From assembly GCA_951406725.2 (NCBI GenBank), contig OX597824.1, positions 80,910,001 to 80,974,000 of the forward strand: 64,000 nt of DNA, in the 5' to 3' direction. Shown here piece by piece: positions 45,034 to 58,201 of the stretch (the first letter of the stretch is position 1; the number at the start of each line of letters is the position of its first letter). A program made the position numbers and the translations under genes. The notes below the pieces were generated by a model. That model made no database searches. It was not told the DNA's origin and saw nothing but the letters and a program-made list of their open reading frames with translations. The DNA is from Octopus vulgaris (taxonomy: Eukaryota).

Positions 45034-45547
45034 TATATATATTTATATGTGTGTGTGTGTGTGTGTGTGAGCACATAGGTGTATGCTTTGCAGCGAGTAA
45101 TACACACCGTCGTCTCACGATATAAAGCAAACTTTTAGAGAAGCGAGAATATTCTTTCAGATTTGCTATAAATGTTATATTGTTGATGTTGTATTGTTTT
45201 TGTTGCTGTAGCTGGTGTTCGTGATACTGTTGTTGTTGTTGTTGTTGCTGTTGTTGTTATTGTGGTTGTTTATAAATCAAAAACCTGTGTATTTCCTTTG
45301 CTATACATTATTGCTAAGTAAACAACGCCTGACAGAGAGATATCTAAACAACCTTTGACATTCTAAACGTTCGAAATCTAAGAACAGAGTTTTCGGTTAA
45401 CACTGGAAGAACCTACGAGTATGTACGAAGGTATGTGTCTGCTACGTACGAACTTACGTACGTACTTATGTATGTATATATGTATGTATGCATGTATATA
45501 TGTATCTGTGTATGTGTGTTGGGTGTATGGTGTATGTATGTGTGTGT

Positions 45548-46062
45548 ATCGTTGGCGATTTTCTTTCTCCGTCTTCCTTTCCTTGGACTTTTCCTTTTTT
45601 CTATGTTTCTGACGAAGAGCTCCGCTCGAAACGTTAAATCCTCCTTCTTTCTTTCCTTTCCCGGGCGTCCAATAACACTATAGTAGAGGCACATGGCCTA
45701 GTGGTTAGAGCAACGGACTCGCGGTCGAGGGATCGCGGGTTCGAATCTCAGACCGGGCGATGTGTGTGTTTATGAGCGAAATACCTAAGCTCCACGCGGC
45801 TCCGGCAGAAGGTAATGGCGAACTTCTGCTGACTCTTTCGCCACAACTTTCTCTCACTCTTTCCTCCTGCATCTTGCAACCCACCTGCGACGGACCGGCG
45901 TCCCATCCAGGTGGGGAACCTATACGCCAAGGAAACTGAGAAACCGACCCCTATGAGCCAGGCGTGGCTCGAGAAGTAACAAACAAACACAAAAAAATAA
46001 CTCTATACTTGTTCCACGTGTTCGCGTTGTTGTGTTTTCGCTTTTTTCATGTTTGGATTAAC
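45548..46062 (+). mobile_element. Family E2 copy with canonical hammerhead core (45605-45639), split by a SINE
   Basis: GTTT CTGACGA A GAGC tcc GCTC GAA ACGT T AAAT. Confidence 0.8.
45683..45995 (+). mobile_element. Family C SINE (tail-3), 12-bp TSD
   Basis: TSD aataac(a/t)ctata at 45671-45682 and 45996-46007; empty site visible in the 39088 copy. Confidence 0.93.
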
Positions 46063-46384
46063 TATGTATGTATGTATGTATGTATGTATGTATGTATGTA
46101 TGTATGTATGTATGTATGTATGTATTAGGTTTAGTAAAACGTAAGCAACGCATCGCCATGTTCAGGAATGGAAACCACAATCTTACGATCATGAGTCCAA
46201 CACCTTAACCACTAAGCCACACACCTCAACTTTCACATGCATGCATACATATATGTATATATGTGTGTGTGAGAGCGTGTGTGGGTGCGTGCGTATACGA
46301 ATCAGTTAGTGCATTTGTCTCTGTGTTGAAACGTAAAGAAATCCATCTTTTACACGAACTGTCAATGCTCTGGAGACTAATCGT

Positions 46385-46680
46385 TTGCTAAAATTTTCGC
46401 CGTGTCGAGTGGACGAGAGAATTGCAATCGGTTGAATCTGAAGGCCAGAAATCGCGACTGGTGATGTCGTAGAAATTCTCCTGCAACAACTTCTGACTGT
46501 TTGGCGTTGCTACGGCATAGACCCGAATCATTTGCCATACATATGGCCTTCCAACAGCAACCCGCTCCAGCCAGGGATTGATCTCAATCTCCAGCAGCTT
46601 CACATAGCCGTTTAAATTGAGGCGAAGGCTCTGTTCCTACAGTTGCTGGATGAATTCCGGCGTGGAGATGCAGGCAAAAT
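46385..46680 (-). pseudogene. Tc1/mariner-superfamily catalytic-domain remnant (DD37D-like)
   Basis: PWLERVAVGRPYVWQ..SQKLLQENFYDITSRDFWPSDSTDCNSLV resembles YVFQQD..WPPNSPDLNPLD. Confidence 0.7.
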
Positions 46681-46850
46681 CTCTGAAAACATTTTCTTAA
46701 GATGCTGTGCCGAGGGACTGAAATCAGAATCATGTGGTTGTAAAATGAGCTTCTTATCCACACACCCATTGCGTGCGCTTATGTTAATTTTCCTGATGCC
46801 TAACTAATTCTGCCATTCTTAGTCTTTAATAAAGACATCGAAGCAATATA

Positions 46851-47082
46851 TATTTCTTTACTACCCACAAGGGGCTAAACACAGAGGGGACAAACAAGGA
46901 CAGACAAACGGATTAAGTCGATTACATCGACTCCAGTGCGAAACTGGTACTTAATTTATCGACCCCGAAAGGATAAAAGGCAAAGTCGACCTCGGCGGAA
47001 TTTGAACTCAGAACGTAACGGCAGACGAAATACGGCTACGCATTTCGCCCGGTGTGCTAACGTGTCTGCCAGATCGCCGCCT
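46851..47082 (-). mobile_element. Family A SINE, 13-bp TSD
   Basis: TSD tcgaa(g/a)caatata at 46838-46850 and 47083-47095. Confidence 0.92.
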
Positions 47083-47235
47083 TCGAAACAATATAATGAT
47101 GCTTGTTACCCCGATCACTGGCAGCCATCGACGTCCTCATTGTGTCATTATTGTAAATACACGTGATTGATTCAAAAGTCTCTATGAATCAACAACAACA
47201 GTTATCACCAGATGTGCTATTACGAGTTCACAATG

Positions 47236-47897
47236 AGTAGTAGTAGTGGTGGTGGTGGTAGTGGTTTTGGTGGTGGTAGTAGTAGTGGTGGTGGTGATGG
47301 TCGTGGTGGTAGTGGTGTTGGTGGTGGTAGTAGTAGTAGTAGTGATGATGGTGTTGGTGGTAGTGGTGGTGGTGGTGGTGGTGGTGGTAGTAGTAGTAGT
47401 AGTGGTGATAGTGGTGTTGGTGGTGGTAGTAGTAGTAGTGATGATGGTGTTGGTGGTGGTGGTGGTGGTGGTGGTGGTGGTGGTGGTGGTGGTAGTAGTA
47501 GTAGTGGTAGTAGTGATGATGGTGTTGGTGGTAGTGGTGGTGGTGGTGGTGGTAGTAGGAGTGGTGATAGTGGTGTTGGTGGTGGTAGTAGTAGTAGTGA
47601 TGATGGTGTTGGTGGTAGTGGTGGTGGTGGTGGTGGTGGTGGTAGTAGTAGTAGTAGTGGTGATAGTGGTGTTGGTGGTGGTAGTAGTAGTAATGATGAT
47701 GGTGTTGGTGTTGGTGGTGGTGGTGGTGGTGGTGGTGGTAGTAGTAGTAGTAGTGGTGATAGTGGTGTTGGTGGTGGTAGTAGTAGTAGTGATGATGGTG
47801 TTGGTGGTAGTGGTGGTGGTGGTGGTGGTGGTGGTGGTGGTAGTAGGAGTAGTGGTGGTAGTAGTAGTGGTAGTAGTAGTAGTGGTATTGGTAGTGT

Positions 47898-47935
<38 letters not shown>
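47236..47935. repeat. Compound (GGT/AGT)n tract with higher-order repeats
   Basis: Marker ggtgatagtggtgttggt at 47404, 47563, 47659 and 47755. Confidence 0.9.
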
Positions 47936-48939
47936 TTTGTAGTGTGTATTCAAAACAGCGGTAACCATATAGAGCTTGTTATATTAAAAAATACTGTTCT
48001 TATAAACTGTTTCTTATTTAAAAAAAATAAATTGTTCCTATGTATGGCGACTTTTGAATCATTCTGTAGATTTACTTGTCTAAATCTGACATAATGAAAT
48101 ATAGAGTAACATTGTAACTTATATATTGGTGTTCTTTTCCAACATCTAACACTTTTAAAACACTGTTCTATAATACTATGTATACGCTCCGCCTGTTTGA
48201 TATAGCAACTTAATTTTCTTCGTACTATATCCAGCAGTCTTTGAAAGCAAAAGTGAATGACTTACTGAATTTTTCATTCCGATATGTATTATGAATAATA
48301 AATAACAGTAAATAGGTGCTGGCACCGTAGTATGGTTAAGAGGTTCGTTTTGCAGCCACGTAGTTTCGGGTGCAATTCCACAGCATAGCGCTTTGTGCAA
48401 GTGTCCTCTTCTGTAAGCCAGGGCCGACTAGTACTTTATGAAGGACTTTGGTAGACGAAAACTGTGTTTTTGTGTATGTGTGTACGCGCGTCTTTGAATG
48501 TATTATGTATGTACGGGATGCACACATGTATGTATGTATGTATGTATGTATGTATGTATGTATGTATATTTTATTGTTTCTGTTTGTGTCAACTACTGCT
48601 TGACAACCGGTGTTGGTTTGTCTATGTAGCTGTAATATAAGCATAGAGAAGATAGAGTAATTATCAATTTTACAAAAATGTACTAGAGTCGAACTGTTCG
48701 ACTACACCCTTCCTGGCGATACCCCGCGTGGCTGCTGTCCAATGATTGAAGACAAGTTAAAGACAAAAGAGATAAGAAGTTGGTCGTGACTGTAATATTT
48801 CCTCAAATTGGAGGCATTCTCTATCAAAGAAAAACAAACATTAAAATCCAGTAATTACAAGACTTACAAAACATATCCACCATCACCAACAGCATCTTTA
48901 GTATTAAGCAACAACAAATCAACAATGGTTTCAATTTTT

Positions 48940-49548
48940 TGCACAAGGCCAGTAATTTGGGGGAAGAGGGTAAATCGATTAGATTAACCCTAGTGATCAA
49001 CTGGTACTTATTTTATCGACCCGAAAGGACGAAAAGCAATGTCGACCTCGGCGGGGTTTGAACTCAGAACGTAAAGACGAAATACCTATTTCTTTATTAT
49101 CCACAAGGGGCTTAACCTAGAGGGGACAAACAAGGACAGACAAACGTATTAAGTCGATTACATCGACCCCAGTGCGTAACTGGTACTTAATTTATCGACA
49201 CCGAAAGGATGAAAGGCAAAGTCGACCTCGGCGGAATTTGAACTCAAAACGTAGCGGCAGACGAAATACAGCTAGGTATTTCGTCCGGCGGGCTAACGTT
49301 TCTGCCAGCTCGCTGCCATGATAATAATAGTAATCTTTTCTACTAAAAGCACAAGGCCTGAAATTTGTGGGAAGGGGACTAGGTGATTACGTCGACCCCC
49401 AGTACTTAACTGGTACTTACTTTATCGACCTCGAAAGGATGAAAGGTAAAGTCGATTTTGTCGGAGTTTGAACTGTGATCGTAAAGGCGGATGAAATGCC
49501 GCTAAGCATTTTGTCCGGCATACTAGCAATTCTATCAGTTCGCCACCT
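48940..49548 (-). mobile_element. Cluster of three family A SINE bodies
   Basis: Includes junction cgaaatac|ctatttcttt near 49085. Confidence 0.85.
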
Positions 49549-49784
49549 TAGTAATAATAGTAGTAGTAGTAGTAATAGTAGTGGTGATGGTGGTGCTCGT
49601 GGTGGTAGTAGTAGTAGTAGTGGTAGTAGTAGCAGTAGTGGTGGTCGTGTTGGTTGTGGTAGTAATACTAGTAGTAGTAGCGGTGGTGGTGGTGGTGGTG
49701 GTAGTAGTAATAGTAGTAGTAGTGGTGTTGATAGTAGTAGTAGTGGCGATGGTGGTGGTGGTGGTAGTGGTGTTGGTAGTGGTG

Positions 49785-49826
<42 letters not shown>

Positions 49827-50386
49827 AACATTGGTGACATCAACATATTTAAAGCCTATTTCTATTTCTATGGCGGACGTCAAAAATGTCATAATCTTGA
49901 GGTATCTAAAAGGAATCTAGCTTATTATAATGGCATCACTATTAAAGTAGGTTCCTCTGGGCAGCAAGCTGGCTGATAGAATGCTTGACTTAAACAGACT
50001 TAAACAGTTCTTGCGTCTTATCAAAGTCGAAATCAAATCTTTTCTCTCTCTTTTTTTTTTTTTTTTGAATATCTTATTTTAACCATTTGGCTTTAATTCC
50101 TCATTCCGTAATTCCTAAAAAAAAAAAAACGAAAAAAAAAAAAGATAAAAATTAATTGTTCTTTTGTAATGCATCGTTTAGAATTTCATTATATGTTCCT
50201 TCATAACAAAAATCTCTTTTCGTTTAGAGTTACGTTCTTCTATGTTATGTTCTGAGATTAAATCCCCTTCTGGATCGAATTTCTCCTTTCATCCTTTCTA
50301 CGTCGGTAGAACAAGTACTACTAACGTTAGTAGTACTTACCCTACTTTGTGTACGTATGTATGTGTGAGTGTATATATATATATAC

Positions 50387-50545
<159 letters not shown>

Positions 50546-51187
50546 TATATATATACACATATATATATACATAAATATATACACACACGCAGTGAGAGAT
50601 AAATATCATTTAATGTATATAGTATTTAAAATAAGAGCAACTAACAGAGATTTATATAACGCGCCTTGTGTCTCCAAGCAATCTTCAAGGTGGAAATATT
50701 GGCAACTAGCTAGCTGGGCCAGCCAGCCAGCCTTGGGCAATACATTAAACTGCATCCCATAATGAGGTTTCATCTTCGGAATTCAGGTGTTTTTTGATGA
50801 GTATAGAGTTCATCTTAGTTGGTAGTACTACTCTCAGGTCTTCTATTCTGGCTCGAGAAACGAAGTGCCTGTTAAGGGTCCTTGTCACGGATGAAATAGC
50901 AGAAGATGACCTTGAGTCTAAGTTATGCAAAATCCCAAACAGAACTGGCTGCTACGCACGTGTCTCACAGCCCTAAACCCTATCATGTCAACCAGGCCAT
51001 CCAACTAGAAGAGAGTTTAAGATAGGCACAGTGACGTAAGGGTAATATCGGAAAAGCGCAGATTACCAGAGTATTTTATAAATAAATCGGCAGAAAACAC
51101 TATTGTATCTTCGATACCACACACACAAAGTTATGAACCTTCAAACCTCGGCATAGAGGTCCATGGTCATCAATACGTATTGGTATA

Positions 51188-51594
51188 CTCTTTACTCTTT
51201 TACTTGTTTCAGTCATTTGACTGCTGGAGCACCGCCTTTTAGTCGAGCAAATCGACCCCAGGACTTATTCCTTGTAAGCTGAGTATTTATTCTATCGGTC
51301 TCGTTTGCCGAACCGCTAAGTTACGGGGGCGTGAACACACCAGCATCGGTTGTCAAGCGATGTTGGGGGGAACAAACACAGACACACAAACATATGCACA
51401 GACATACATATATATCTATATACATCTATGTGACAGGCTTCTTTCAGTTTCTGTCTACCAAATCCACTCACAAGGCTTTGGTCGGCACGAGGCAATAGTA
51501 GAAGATACTTGCCCAAGGTGCCACGCAGTGTGACTGAACTCGGAACCATGTAGTTGGTAAGCAAGCTACTAACCACACAGCCACTCCGGCACCT
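51188..51594 (-). mobile_element. Family B SINE, full length
   Basis: Reverse complement of the 4923-5340 pattern. Confidence 0.9.
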
Positions 51595-51659
51595 ATAGGA
51601 CACAAGGAACCTATTTTTTTTATTTATATATGTGTAAATCCTGATATCCTCAACACAGT

Positions 51660-51890
51660 ATATAACAAATTTTCTGTATCTTGTAAGTATATTTATTAGC
51701 CTTTGTGCTCTCTACGTAATATATGTGCTGTTTCTAATAACCCATTTTCTGTATCTTGTGTATATATCTGTTAGCCTTTGAGCTCTCTACGTAATATATG
51801 CGCTGTTTTTAATAAAGAATTTTTCTTTATGTTGTCCTGGGGTTTTGATTAAGTATTTGACGGTAACTTCTTTGTGTTGAGCTTATGGAG
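51660..51890 (-). mobile_element. Possible RLE-type LINE extreme 3' fragment with a 75-bp tandem duplication
   Basis: Minus strand LLKTAHILRRE and LLETAHILRRE resemble the LLxTAxILR C-terminal motif; duplication at 51671 and 51746. Confidence 0.5.
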
Positions 51891-52427
51891 GAAAAATGAA
51901 AAGAATAGAGCTATTGTCATGCGCTTCCCGTATTTCCTTTTCTATTTAAGTATATATGTATAAATGTATGTGTGTGTATATATATCTATGTAGATGTTTC
52001 ATTCTTTTTTTATTTATCGCTCTTTCAGCTATTGTCGTCATTATTCAGACACATTAAGACACCACTCCCTGTTACTCTGTTAGATTTTTGGTAAAGTCAT
52101 TGTTTAAATAATTGTGTTGACGCTCTCTGTCACTTTTCCTTCCGTACCTACATCTAATATCTTTATTTTCCTGCCTCTCCCCAACTCTGTTATGAATTCA
52201 AATATACAATGTCTCCTTTCAAATTCCTCTCCCGTGACGACGAGGGAGCTTTTCACTCGGTCCTTCAACAGACTAAAAATAGCTCCCACTTCTACAACAA
52301 ACCACACCTCAATGTCTTTAAAAAAAGAGAGGGACATCCTGAACGTTCTGTGAAATATATTATTATGTATTACGGAGATGTACTTGCACAGCAAGTGACC
52401 TGATCTGAGATCGTGTGCTGAAACAAA

Positions 52428-53153
52428 ATCAATTGCAGCGTGGAATGTGTTTATAAGCCATTTAAAAACACACAAAAAACCGTTAGATTCACTTCAACAT
52501 TTAAATTTAATTTGTCAAAATATTTTCGTCGCTTTGAAACCGCAACCTGTTCACTGACGAAATTCCGTGCTGCATCTGAGAAAGCAACAGGTAGTTCATA
52601 ATATGTATGCATGTATGTATGTATGTATGTATGTATGTATGTATGTATGTATTATGTATGTATGTATGTATGTATGTGTGCATGTATGTTTACATGCGTA
52701 TATGTATGTATGTGTGCATGTATGTATGTGTGCATATATGTATGTGTGCATGTAGTACACATGTGCATACGCACATACTTATAAGCACGCATACATGCGT
52801 ACATACATGCATACGTACATAATGCATACTTACATGCACATATGCACGCATACTTACATGCACACATACATACATATATGCACATATAGATGCATAAATA
52901 CGAATATACGTACATACATACACCCATACATACATACATACCTACATCCATCCATCCATCCATCCATCCATCCATCCATCCATACATACATACATACATA
53001 CATATCATGAAATAATTGTTACCTTCTCAGATGCAGCACGGAATTTTGTCGGGGAACAGGTCGCGGTCTCAAAGCGATGAAAATATTTTGACATATTAAA
53101 TTTAAATGTTGAAGTGAATCTTAAATGGCTTATAAACACATTCCACGCTGCAA
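52428..53153. repeat. Inverted pair of a repeat carrying G3:C8 hammerhead-like motifs
   Basis: About 52428-52600 vs 53007-53153, separated by TATG then CATA microsatellite. Confidence 0.85.
52511..52562 (-). ncRNA. Hammerhead-like motif, G3:C8 core variant
   Basis: Minus strand: TTTcGTCA GTGAACA G GTTGC ggtttcaaa GCGAC GAA AATATT T TGACAAA; second copy on + at about 53045-53095 (core GGGAACA). Confidence 0.6.
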
Positions 53154-53439
53154 GTGTATTATTATGTAGTTCTAGCTGAATTATTTGTGTATTTATTTCA
53201 GTCATTTGACAGCGGCCATGCTGGAGCACCATCTTACAGTGTTTCAGTTGAAGAAATCTACTCCAGGACTTAATCTTTATAAGCCTAGTACTTATTCTAT
53301 CGGTCTCCTTTCCCGATCTGCTAAGTTTCGGAGACATAAACTCACCAACATCAGTTGTCAAACGATGGCGGGGAAACGAACAGAGACACATACACATACA
53401 AATATGTACATACATACATACATACATACATACTTATGC

Positions 53440-53520
<81 letters not shown>

Positions 53521-53526
<6 letters not shown>

Positions 53527-53688
53527 TACATTTACTCAGTAGTCTGAGTTTCAGATGCCGAAGTGGAAATCCACAACACCATCTCTTCGGTTATCTGGCC
53601 AGATAACCGAAGAGATGGTGTTGTGGATTTCCACTTCGGCATCTGAAACTCAGAGTTTTATCTTGACTATTGAGTAAATGTAACATAT
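53521..53688. repeat. Head-to-head palindrome with a 112-bp perfect, spacer-less core (53543-53654)
   Basis: Centre tgg|cca at 53598/53599; left arm lacks 12 nt present in the right arm. Confidence 0.92.
53601..53663 (+). ncRNA. Hammerhead-like motif, U4C variant
   Basis: AGATAA CCGAAGA GATG..CATC T GAA ACTCAGAGT T TTATCT; 6-bp helix I. Confidence 0.6.
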
Positions 53689-53782
53689 TATTTTATAGAT
53701 AAATTTCCTCTATTTACATAATATTGTGGTCTCTTTCTTTCTTTTGTTATCTTACCGTTTTTGCCAATATATATATATATAT

Positions 53783-53879
53783 ATAAGCAACAAGGATATC
53801 CAGACGTAATGCAGTACGATCGTTTCAAGCGACTCCGTTTAATTGAACCGCATTACCTCTGGATATCCTTGTTGCTTAT
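53783..53879. repeat. Short fold-back with a hammerhead-like 3' half
   Basis: About 33-bp arms; minus strand has GAAAC GATC GTA. Confidence 0.75.
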
Positions 53880-54794
53880 TTTGATTTTAATCACCTTATT
53901 TGAAATTATATGGATAATACCGTACTAAATTCTGGTGCCTCAACTTAAGTACCATATTCATCTGAATCTAAATTATACATATATATATGCAACGGGCTTT
54001 TTTCAGTTTCCGTCTACCAAATCCACTCATAAGGCTTTGGTCACCAGAAGACACTTACCCAAGGTTCCAGGCAGTGGGACAATGTATGTATGTATATATG
54101 TGCGTGCATGCGTACATACATACATACATACATACATACATACATACATACATACATACATACATACATACATACATGCATGCATGCATACATATATTCA
54201 CACGCAAAAAGCTTTAGATATTTCCGTCCACCAAAGTTACGCAATAATCAACTCGAGACTAGAATTAGAAAATACTACTTGCACAAGATATCTCTGCTGT
54301 GGGTTCGAACCGGAAACGACGAGGCAGCAAATTTGCAAAGTGAACCTCTTAACCACAGATTCCACGACCGCCGCCTCCTCGTTAATAGAACAACAGGTGG
54401 AAAGCTCCAACGCGTATTGGAGCGTTATGTCTTATAATCAATCTCTCGGTTCGTTATTTCTCTTCTCGCCAATGTCGGCATTGTTTAGAATCAGATACCA
54501 TTCATTGTTGTTGGTGATGTTACTGTCACCGCTGTTTCCTTATATGTTTCTGGTACATTTCCCGTTCTACATTTCTCTTATATTTCTTCGTTATCTTCCT
54601 TCGCAACTTCGCTCACCCTCGCCATGTTTTTTTTTTGTTTCCTTGTTTTCCTTCCTTACCACATTTCTTACTTTCTTCTATTGTGTTGTGTGTTTGTTCA
54701 TCCATCTCCTTCATGAGACGCAGATAGGCGTACACTGATACGCATGCGCTCACACTCACATGATAGTGGAGACATTCACAGAATACACACTCAG

Positions 54795-54835
<41 letters not shown>

Positions 54836-54844
54836 TACACACAG

Positions 54845-54904
<60 letters not shown>

Positions 54905-54998
54905 CTACTTACATTTATATACATACACGAAGGTAGCTACATTATACGCACATGCAAAGAAAATACAGTTACACATAGGTCCATATATATATATGTAT

Positions 54999-55040
<42 letters not shown>

Positions 55041-55951
55041 CTACTTACATTTATATACATACGCGAAAGTAGCTGCATTATACGCATATGCAAAGAAAAT
55101 ACACTCACATACGCATGCCACACACACATAGATACACGCGTAAATCCGTAAACACGCGCACACGTACATACACACACACACATACATACGCATACAGACA
55201 CACATACCTGTACACACTTATACATAAACCCTTTCGCTCCAGTTCATTCTGTATTGCCTCTCTTCCTCTTCCTCTTTGAATCTGTTTCTTCCTCCCATAG
55301 TCTATCTTTTTGTCTCTTCTTCTTCTTCTGGTTCTTCTTGTTCTTCTTGTTCTTCTTCTTCTTCTTCTCATCCCCCTCTCTTCTTCCTCTCCACCTGTGC
55401 TACTCCATTATCAGAAGATAAAAATGTAGTGTGGATTGGTAGACAAAATACCTCGCGTTATTTCGTGCGTCCCCTCATTTCTCGACTTCAAATCCCGCTA
55501 GATAATATTTTACCTTTTTATCTTTTCAGGGTCGGTGTTTAGCCCATGACTACCTTACGAGAGCAGACCTACGATCAAAGAGCTCGTATATAGGACAAGA
55601 TCATATATAATATATCCTTAATTTATTTTAAGATGGTATGATGCTCTTTGATGAAGATTTAGCGGCATTTCGGCTTTCGGTCCTTAGTCTGTAAGTAATA
55701 CTCCTCACAGAACAAGGGGCCAGTTCATTGCAAGATCAGTCCCTAGATGCCATTGGTACATTCTTTCTTTTTGTACATTCTTTCAGTACTGAATCAACAT
55801 GAAATAAAATACCCTGTCCAAGGACATAACGCGTTGCCTCATGCGAGGATCGAACGCACACTCAATCAGTCTCGAATTCAGACCCAAACTATTAGGTCAA
55901 GCGCTTTCATGGCTACCACGTAGGGTTGATATAATAAGTATCAATCATATA

Positions 55952-56313
55952 GTAGAGGCGCAATGGCTCAGTGGTTAGGGCAGCAGAGTCGCGGTCGTAG
56001 TATCACGGTTTTGATTCCCAAACCGTGCGTTGTGAGTGTTTATTGAACCAAAACATCTAAAGCTCCACGAAGCTCCGGCAGGGGGTGGTGGCGAACCCTG
56101 CTTGTACTCTTTCACCACAACTTTCTCTCACCCTTTCTTCCCGTTGTGGTTGTGCCTGTATTTCAAAGGGCCAGCCTTGTCACACTCTGTGTCACGCTGA
56201 ATATCACCGAGAACTACGTTAAGGCTACACGTGTCTGTGAAGTGCTCAGCTTCTTGCACGTTAATTTCACGAGCAGGCAGTTCCTTTGATCAGATCATCT
56301 GGAACCCTCGTCG
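55952..56313 (+). mobile_element. Family C SINE (tail-1), older copy, 3' end clipped
   Basis: Colinear with the reverse complement of 14424-14813. Confidence 0.9.
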
Positions 56314-56693
56314 ATTGTGAGTAAATACTTGTGACTTAGCTGGAGTTTTCTATTGGTTTTCCTTATCAAAATATTGCGTAATGAAATCGGTTCCTTCACT
56401 ATGAATAATCCTGTATAGAATCAGTTAAGAACTGGGGGCAATGATATCGACTAATTCTCTTCTCTTTTCAGTTTCTGTCAAGCAAATCTACTCGTAAGGT
56501 TTTGGTTGACCCGAGGCTATAATAGAATACGCTTGCCCAAGGTGCCACGTATTGGTATTGAACCTGGGATCATGTAGTTATGTATGCTTATGTATATATA
56601 TATATATATATATAGGAAAAGAAGACCCTTGCCCAAGGTGCCACACATTGGTACTGAACTCGGGGCCATGTGGTTATGTATGTATGTATGTGT

Positions 56694-57258
56694 ATGCAGG
56701 AAGTAGTTAGACACCTTTAATTTTCCAAATTTCTGATCTAAGCGTCTTAATATGTTTTCAGCGGTGTAGAATTTACAATGTAATTATTCTTTTTCATTCC
56801 AGGTGCCATTATATTAAGCATTTGCGAATGGTAACCATGCCACGCACAGAAAATTCAGCAAAACTGTCAGAGTTTCAAAGAGGTTGTATTGTTGGGCAAT
56901 CTGAGTCTGGTCTTAGCCAGCGAAGAATTGCCGAAAATCTTCAAATTCCTCTTGCAACTGTTAATAGAATTATAGTGCAATTCAAAAAGCCAAGGAAAAG
57001 AATCAACAGATTCTCGTCCCAGCTGACCTGGTCCCTCGGAAAGGAAGCTCCGCTGTTTGAAGAGAATTGTGGAAAACGAACTCCGTTCGAAGTCTTCTGA
57101 CATTGCAAAATAGCTAGAAGTTAGTTCAAGAATGTGGGTTACATATCTGCATAGGCTTGCGTATTATGGACGAGTAGCTAGAAGAAAACCTCTCCTTTAA
57201 CCAATTAATATCAAATAAAAGATTTTGAAAATTAAAGGTGTCTATTTACTTCCTGCAT
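56694..57258 (+). mobile_element. Internally deleted Tc1-like transposon with both TIRs
   Basis: TIRs atgcaggaagta.ttagacacctttaattttc at about 56694-56731 and 57221-57258; MPRTENSAKLSEFQRGCIVGQSESGLSQRRIAENL.. paired-like HTH, frameshift, ..GRVARRKPLL; catalytic domain absent. Confidence 0.88.
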
Positions 57259-57300
57259 GTCTGTGTATATATGTGTGTTATCTCTGTCCGTCTGTCTGTT

Positions 57301-57332
<32 letters not shown>

Positions 57333-57756
57333 CTTCACTTGTCCTGAAAAGACAGGTGAAGTAACTAACATCTTCACTAGCCCTTTCTATTACTGTCCCA
57401 ACCTAACCTTACCTTACACCCTACCCATTAACCAGGGCTTCTCCAGTTGGTGCAAACCATAACAAACTGGGATCCCTTCGCCACCCCTCCTTACTACTCC
57501 TCTCCCCAACCCATATCAACATCAATACGACCAATAGCTTGTCAACATGACAGCTTAAACGTGGTCACCCCCACCTGCTAGAAAAAAGCAGCCAAATTCG
57601 CTCGAACACCTCTTCTACTTAAAGCGTGGTCAACGTGGTTTATGATTAAAAAAAAGGTTGGATAGTCACGACTGAAACGCCTTGATCAGAGGCATTCTTA
57701 ATAGGGGCAGATATAGTTTTAGACACCAACTTCAGCAATTCGTCCACCCGAATCTG

Positions 57757-58170
57757 TTACACCACCACCACCACCACCACCACCACCACCACCACCACCA
57801 CCACCACCACCACCACCACCACCACCAGCAACAACAACAACATTACCCCCATCCCCACTCGACACTACCATCAGCATTACCAACCATAACACCACCATCA
57901 GCAATTCGTCCACCCCGCTCTGTTACACCACCATCAACACCACCACCACCACCAGCAACAACAACAACAACAACATTACCACCATCTCCACCACTAATCC
58001 CAACACCACCATCAGCATCACCAACCATAATACTACCATCACTATCATGAGCATCACGATCAACAATTCCATCACGCCACCATCACCACCACCACCACCA
58101 CCACTACAACCACTAACACTTCCACCACCATGCTCCAGCCATACCATCACCATCACCACCATCACAATTT

Positions 58171-58201
<31 letters not shown>

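Noticed and set aside
47212-47964. Gly/Ser-rich 250-aa ORF as a structural protein
   Set aside because: Built almost only from GGT/AGT/GAT/GTT triplets with no synonymous variation; overlapping frames are also open; no signal peptide
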